A stretch of 64,000 bases of DNA, taken from positions 1 through 64,000 of the forward strand of contig JALGPX010000063.1 in assembly GCA_023515795.1 (NCBI GenBank). Reading direction: 5' to 3'. Below the pieces are notes generated by a model. The model did not search any database, was not told the DNA's origin, and saw only the letters and a program-made list of their open reading frames with translations. The position numbers were made by a program, and so were the translations under genes. This stretch comes from Amoeboaphelidium occidentale (lineage: Eukaryota). Below, one piece after another: positions 58,119 through 64,000 of this stretch. Positions within the stretch are counted from its first letter, which is position 1; each line of letters starts with the position of its first letter.

Positions 58119-58555
58119 ATGTACGCACAGTAGATAATTTATAAAATAAACGGTTATTGAACTATTTATGTTGTTCAAACGCTTCTTCGACCTCTACAAA
58201 GCATACAGTCTATCTCATGGTAGCAGGCGCGTTCATAGAAAAAAATCGCCTCAATTCTCAAAAGTTAGTCGGTAACAATGCGATTTACCGCATCTAGTAG
58301 ACAAGTTTCATATCACTTTGAATTCAATGTGCATGTGAATTATGTCGAATCCCATGAAAACTTGCTTATCTGATTGTTTCAAAACTTGAAACTTTCCATA
58401 TCTTATTCAAGCCTTCGTGCTGTAACAATTTTTACATCTTTCATACAGCATGACTCTTGTTAGGATAGATTGTATCAAAGGTTCCAGATCGGAATCAATC
58501 AATGATTCGATCTATCAGTATGATAATCAATTGGCTGGCGTAATGTTTCTGTGAA

Positions 58556-59401
58556 ATGAGGCTCCTCGATGGGCTGATTATAATGCTACTGTTGCGGAAT
58601 GAATGTGCGTATGGAGCAGCTACTGGAAAGAAGCTGGATCTCTCACACGGTCGCCCAACTATAAAAACCAACTTGAAACACGCCGTGATAAACTCTGTCG
58701 AGATACACAAGAGGCAAGACGATGCAGAGATTGAAGCAGAAGATGAGGAAAGGAAAGCTGTCAAAGAAGATGTTGAAGCAAGGCTCGACACGATAACGGA
58801 TGAAGAGAAAGATGGCGACGATGAACAAGGAGAATCTATCGGTGAAGATTTCTGCCTTGGCAAGCCATTTGAAGCTCATGATGGAACACAACAAACAGAA
58901 GGTTCATGCTCTACTACAATACACGGTATTATACCCTCTGTGGACAAGATGGTTTCAACTTTGATCATCGATCCGGAGAATGGAGCAGTGTTGGCACCAG
59001 ACACAACGATTTCTATCACTGTGCGTACAAATAATCTGGAGTTGGCTCATTTCTCTAATCCGGAGGACAAGTATCTAGTTAGGCCACAGAGCGTTAACGA
59101 TGAAGGATTTTTGAGAGGACATCAACACGTTGTTGTTCAACAATTAAATGATGATGATCTTCCGTTGGACCCTCAGGTGTTTGCTTTCTTCAAAGGATTA
59201 GATCAAGTTCCGGATGAAAATAACGATCTCATAACAACTATAGATGATGGGTTACCTGAAGGAGAATATCGATTGTGTACAATCTCTGGAGCTTTGACAC
59301 ATCAACCTCTGTTAATGCCAGTTGCTCAAAGGGGACCTCAAGACGACTGCATACGTTTTTCAGTACAAGAAGAAGTTGGATATGATGATTATGAGGAATA
59401 A
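58556..59401 (+). CDS. Secreted protein of an uncharacterised fungal family
   Basis: Signal peptide, KR site; DGTQ..GSCS, GHQHVVVQ, FAFFKG, GLPEGEYRLCT, HQP.LMPVAQRGPQDDC resemble a recurrent fungal hypothetical family (from memory, not searched). Confidence 0.65.
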   Translation: MRLLDGLIIMLLLRNECAYGAATGKKLDLSHGRPTIKTNLKHAVINSVEIHKRQDDAEIEAEDEERKAVKEDVEARLDTITDEEKDGDDEQGESIGEDFCLGKPFEAHDGTQQTEGSCSTTIHGIIPSVDKMVSTLIIDPENGAVLAPDTTISITVRTNNLELAHFSNPEDKYLVRPQSVNDEGFLRGHQHVVVQQLNDDDLPLDPQVFAFFKGLDQVPDENNDLITTIDDGLPEGEYRLCTISGALTHQPLLMPVAQRGPQDDCIRFSVQEEVGYDDYEE

Positions 59402-59450
59402 CACAAAAAAAGACGACTGTGAATGAATTTGACAAATAGAACATGTTTTA

Positions 59451-62400
59451 TCACATTATTACGCAACCATCTCCATTTTCAGTTGCTGCTTCAGCCTTTC
59501 GATTATCCGGATGCAGTCTGTTTCTTGATATTGTACTGAATGTAACTATTTCACCAGGTGATAAGGAATTAAGTGTTTTTGCTGCTCTCCTCTCAAACTC
59601 CTCTTCTGTTATTCTGGTCTCGCCCTTATTGGTGACACCTTCAAAGGTAAGAATATGGCTGTTTGCTTTTAATAGAATGTCTCCATTTCTTAGTTCCCCG
59701 TCTAAAATTTGAAGCACAACATCCAAGCCTGTGCTCTCTTCGTCGCTTGTTTTGGCTCTAGTTCCAAGTTCTCCGATATACTTCTTTGATACCACCCTGA
59801 GGTCAAACACTTCCAGAGAATATGCCATATCTTCAGATTTTGTATTCTTTGCGATAGGAATTGTTGGGTCTGGTACAACCTCGACTTCAAACTGAAAATA
59901 AGGTATTTCAGTGCTTCTTGATATTGCTTCAACAGGTATTTCTCCTATTTCTGCTTCCCCTTCTCCATTATTTTCTGGTTCTAGCGCTTCAACAAATTCA
60001 CGATCTGAAGGGTCAACAACCCTTGCGGTCAACTCTCGGTACAAAAACTTTGACGTTGCTGCATAATTGAGTGCTTTTCCTGAATGGCTTGATACAAATG
60101 TGAAAGCTAGAAGCACGTATTGTCCTTCTTCGTCCTTTGTTTGGTAAATTTTTGGAAATGGTTTCAATAGTTCAGCTAATATGTTGTAAATCTCATGCGG
60201 TTTCTGCTGTTTGATCTTTCGGCCATTTACTTCCAGCAGAACATCTCCAATATGAGGAGCTTCTCCTTGACATTCGCCTTCTAATGGAGTGGAAACTTTG
60301 GAAACTTTTGCCTGGAACATCTTTATAGCTTCATTCTTTTCTGATATGAATTCCATTCCAATCTTTTTGATGATGTTGGATTCTGTATTCCAGTCTGAAG
60401 GTCCGAAACGTTTAGTTTTGATGGAGAAAACTTTGAATACGTTCTCAGTTACTTGTGTTAATTGACGATCAAAGAACGATGAATCCTTTTTCAGATATCC
60501 ACTTGCCACCTTAGATGATTCCAGTAATACATGAGAAAGATTCTTGGTCAACTCAGATGTTATGCCGGATGTTTTCTGCACAACTTCTGTTACTTTTTCT
60601 AGCATTGACACGCTCTGAACATCGGCTTCGACGTCTTTAACTTTTGGCTCATCTTTCTTCGTCTCGGCCTGTAAGCTTTTCGATCTTTGATAAACGATAG
60701 GCTGGAAGCTATCAACCTGTTTAGGCTTCTCCTCGGAAACAGGAATTTTAGCAGTCTTAACAACATCTGGTTCTTTCTCCTTCTCTTTCTCCTTCTCTTC
60801 GGTCTTCACGGTAGCGGATACAGTAGGTGGTACTTTATCAACCGGTTTTGCGTTAGTTTTTGTTTCTGTTTCCGCTTTCTTTTCTTCCACCTTTGCTCTA
60901 GAGGCCTCGAGTTTGCTAGGTAATCCTTTTGGCGCTGCTTCAGGCTTAGGAGTTGTTTCTTCTCGCTTTGAAGGGCTAGTAGAAGCTGAAACGTTTGTGA
61001 TAGGCTTGATATCTTCAGACTTACTAATTTCTTTGCTTGCGGGATTCGGAGAGGCAAAGTTTGAATGGTCTTTGATGGGTTCTGGTTTTTGTGGTTTTGT
61101 TGCAGCAGCGTCTTTCTCAGATTTTACAACATCTTTCGGAGCATCCGCTTTTGAATCTTTCACATGTGAAATATGAGGCTGTTGTTCTACAGAAACTCGC
61201 TTTGTCTCTTCTACTTGGATCTTCTGTGTAATACTCGGTTTTTGCTCCGCCTGTTTTGGTGGTTCTACTTTCGAACTTGGTGCTTTTGGCTCTTCTTTTG
61301 GGATTTCGACAGACTTTGTGTTCTCTGACCTCGCTAGTTTTGATGGGAGGCCAACAGATGGTTTCTGCTGCTGTTGAGAAGATTGTAATTCAGAAGGAGC
61401 ATCTTGTGTACGTCCTGGTTCTTTTTTGGGTGTGATAATAGGAGCAGGATTCTCTGATACGCGTTTCATTGCGTGGGGTTTACAATAAAACTCTCCGTTC
61501 CAAATATTGTAAGTTGCCATTGAGAGAATCTTGTTGCAGTCTTTGCACCGTAAACAACTAAAGAATTATAAGTTGAGGTTTGAATATATACTTTGCATGA
61601 AGAATCTTCTTTTCCACGAAAATTTTCTCTGTAGGATATACTAGTTTCTCACATATAGCACATGTCTCTGTAGGTTTCTGCCCATATTGCTAAAGAAAAG
61701 TTGGTTATACATGAAAGGTATTGAACTTACTCGCATTGTTTTCGATCGAGCAAGACCGCCTGGCCTTGAATCCAAAGAAGTAGAGCTTGCCGATGGCTTC
61801 AACTCAGATGGCCCATCTTCCTTTTTTAATGGTGCAGTAGTCAAAGGGAGCTCATACGGTCGTTCTTGTTTGACAGGTTCAACATCCACGTCGCTTTCTT
61901 GAACCTTTGTTTCCATTATCTTTTCTTTCGCGGAAGTTGGAGCGAGTTCCTTGACAACATCTTTAGATGTATTCTGTGAAGATATCTCTCGTATCGACGG
62001 TTGCTCTTCTTTTGTAGCCTGTAACTTCTCTTGTGACAATTGCTTCTGCAATGCCAATGTGTCCTGAACCGCGACAACATCCTGTTCGATGATCGGCTCC
62101 TCCTTTTTCGTTTCTCTATATCTGTACGACATCTTGGAGGCGCTGGTGACAGAACGCTTAAGTCCAGTCGCACCTGCAGTTGGTGCCTTATCCTCAACTC
62201 CAGACATGTTCACCTGATTGAAGTGTGGTTTGCAGTAGAACTTATCATCCAAAGTTGCAAAAGTAGCCAGCTCCAAAAGCTTATTGCAATATGAACATCT
62301 TAAGCACGATTTGTGCAATACTTTGCCTTTGATCATCAACTTTTCCACTGGATACACCGTTTCATTGCAAATGGCGCATGATTCCGTTGGCTTTGCACCA

Positions 62401-62504
62401 ATTATCTTCTTTGCAGGTTTCGAAGATACCTGAATGTCAATTCATTGTATATCATGCTATCTTACATTTGCCTGTTCCTGTGATGCTACGTCTTGTGAGG
62501 ACAT
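59451..62504 (-). CDS. Multi-exon protein with two LIM domains, PDZ-like segments and C-terminal CaaX
   Basis: CAIC..TVYP.EK...HKSCLRC..C...FYCKPH twice after splicing; GDVLLEVNG and LRNGDILLKAN; ends CVIM*. Confidence 0.75.
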
Positions 62505-62839
62505 GGTGATATTTATAACAAAAATTGTGACATGCTGAAACTTTAAATTTGGAACCAAGAGCAATTATACGTAAGATATGACTACAAGAGCGAGAATGTG
62601 CAATGATTAAAAGCTACATGTGAGAGACTTTAGAAGATATTGCATCACTCGATAATTTCAATTGTTTTGGGGTGTGTGAAGCTATCGAAACAATTGGCAT
62701 GAGACCGTCGTGCTACTGCCCCACAATATAAGATGCGGTTAGCCTACCTCTGAAACCCCCTGGTAAACTTTCATCGGCATCCTACACTTACCGTATCATT
62801 TGTGCTAGAGTCTTGCCCTTTTTCAGTTTTTGTTTAAGG

Positions 62840-64000
62840 ATGGTGGCGTGGATCAAATTCCTTATGAAGAATAGACGCGCAGTCTCGTACACTTTTGGAG
62901 CTGCTTCCTTTATGCTTTTTCTTTTCACGTTACACTCTCTTTATAGATATGAGCAGAGTTCAAAGATTGATGAGCCACCGAGAAAGGTAAATCTATGATC
63001 TTCTGTTCCTGAACGATTAGGTGGAGTACAATTACTCGGATTATCGAACTTCCCCGTGGATATCACATGAAACATTCAAACTTCTCAGTAAGCCGATGTC
63101 ATTGCCAGTCAAAGTCGTGTGGTCAATGGATCCCGAAGTAAATTCAGGTGTCTTCAATCCAAGCATTCTTCATATGCCCGACACATCTCCATATCAGTTC
63201 TTTGCTGTCGGTAGAATGAAGGGAGTGTACAAATACAAAGATCCCGACTGGCTGGAGGCTGACATTGTTCAGGCTGGAATTTTGGGTTGTTTTATGAATC
63301 TCGTGGCTGTTGAAGATTACTATGAATTTCACTGTGTTCATGAACCCCGCATATTTGAGTATGAGCCGGCACCGCGTGATATTCTTCTCGCGAAGGTTGA
63401 TGCGCACTTAAAAGATGTAGAGCACCGAGATGTTGGATATTATTCTCTTAATCAAGGACCTGAGGATGGTCGCATTTTCTGGAACTATGATGGCGGTATT
63501 CTGATGGTTTATGGGATGAACTCTTTTCTTCCTGGTAAACATAGGACGCCTTTCTTGACAGATGCTAGAAACTTCTTCCCTGAGCTAAGGGAGATCTGGA
63601 ATGGCAGCGGTATTCCAGAGCCTGCATGGCTATTCGACCAAAACGAGCTTGGTATTCAAACTGAAGAATTGAATTCTATCGAGAAAAATTGGTCGCCATT
63701 AGTCACAAGTGATAAGCTGTATCTGCAAGCGAAAGTTCAGAATAGGTTGCTATACGAGATTGGAATCGATTCTGAGTCCCAAGCTACACTTGCAAAAGCA
63801 GATGTCGACAAGACCGCCCTTGTAGATTGCATGAACACTTTATTTAATGATATTTCTAATAAGAATAAGCAAGAAGTTCATCAAGCATCTAATCTATTGA
63901 GACTGAAGCTTTGTTACACCCGTAATTGCGATAAAGCTGAGAAAGTTGAGGAAATTTACTTCCAGGTTATACACGTGAAGAGTTTCAACACGTGGTTATA
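62840..64000 (+). CDS. Type II membrane protein, beta-mannosyltransferase (BMT/GT91)- or GH130-like; runs off the window
   Basis: N-terminal TM; intron ~62987-63020; FNPSI, GPEDGRIFW and IEKNWSPL motifs. Confidence 0.55.

Overview
Gene-dense eukaryotic DNA in the standard genetic code with very short GT-AG introns (mostly 32-50 nt). The gene set (fungalysin M36, Rim15, Dug2, muskelin, BORCS8, Crinkler-like genes, receptor-like kinases) suggests an early-diverging fungus or aphelid-like opisthokont; this is an inference. The first ~12 kb is an accessory compartment: a pseudogenised WD40-TM-kinase receptor, a broken Crinkler-type NTPase/REase gene, an intact HNH nuclease gene and a degenerate REase-kinase. 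The rest is mostly housekeeping genes. The main find is absent from the ORF track. At ~19.9-20.5 kb on the minus strand lies a non-autonomous Fanzor (eukaryotic TnpB-like) remnant: Zn-finger cysteines, the WNRDINAARNI RuvC-III motif and an RPLAFSR tail. It is followed directly by a structured putative omega-RNA whose two assembled copies show a pairing-preserving double substitution and loop changes. Also missing from the track are three tandem 48-66 aa secreted-peptide genes (15.1-16.2 kb) and the correct spliced model of an SDHAF1-like gene. Several N-junction duplications are probably haplotype or assembly artefacts.
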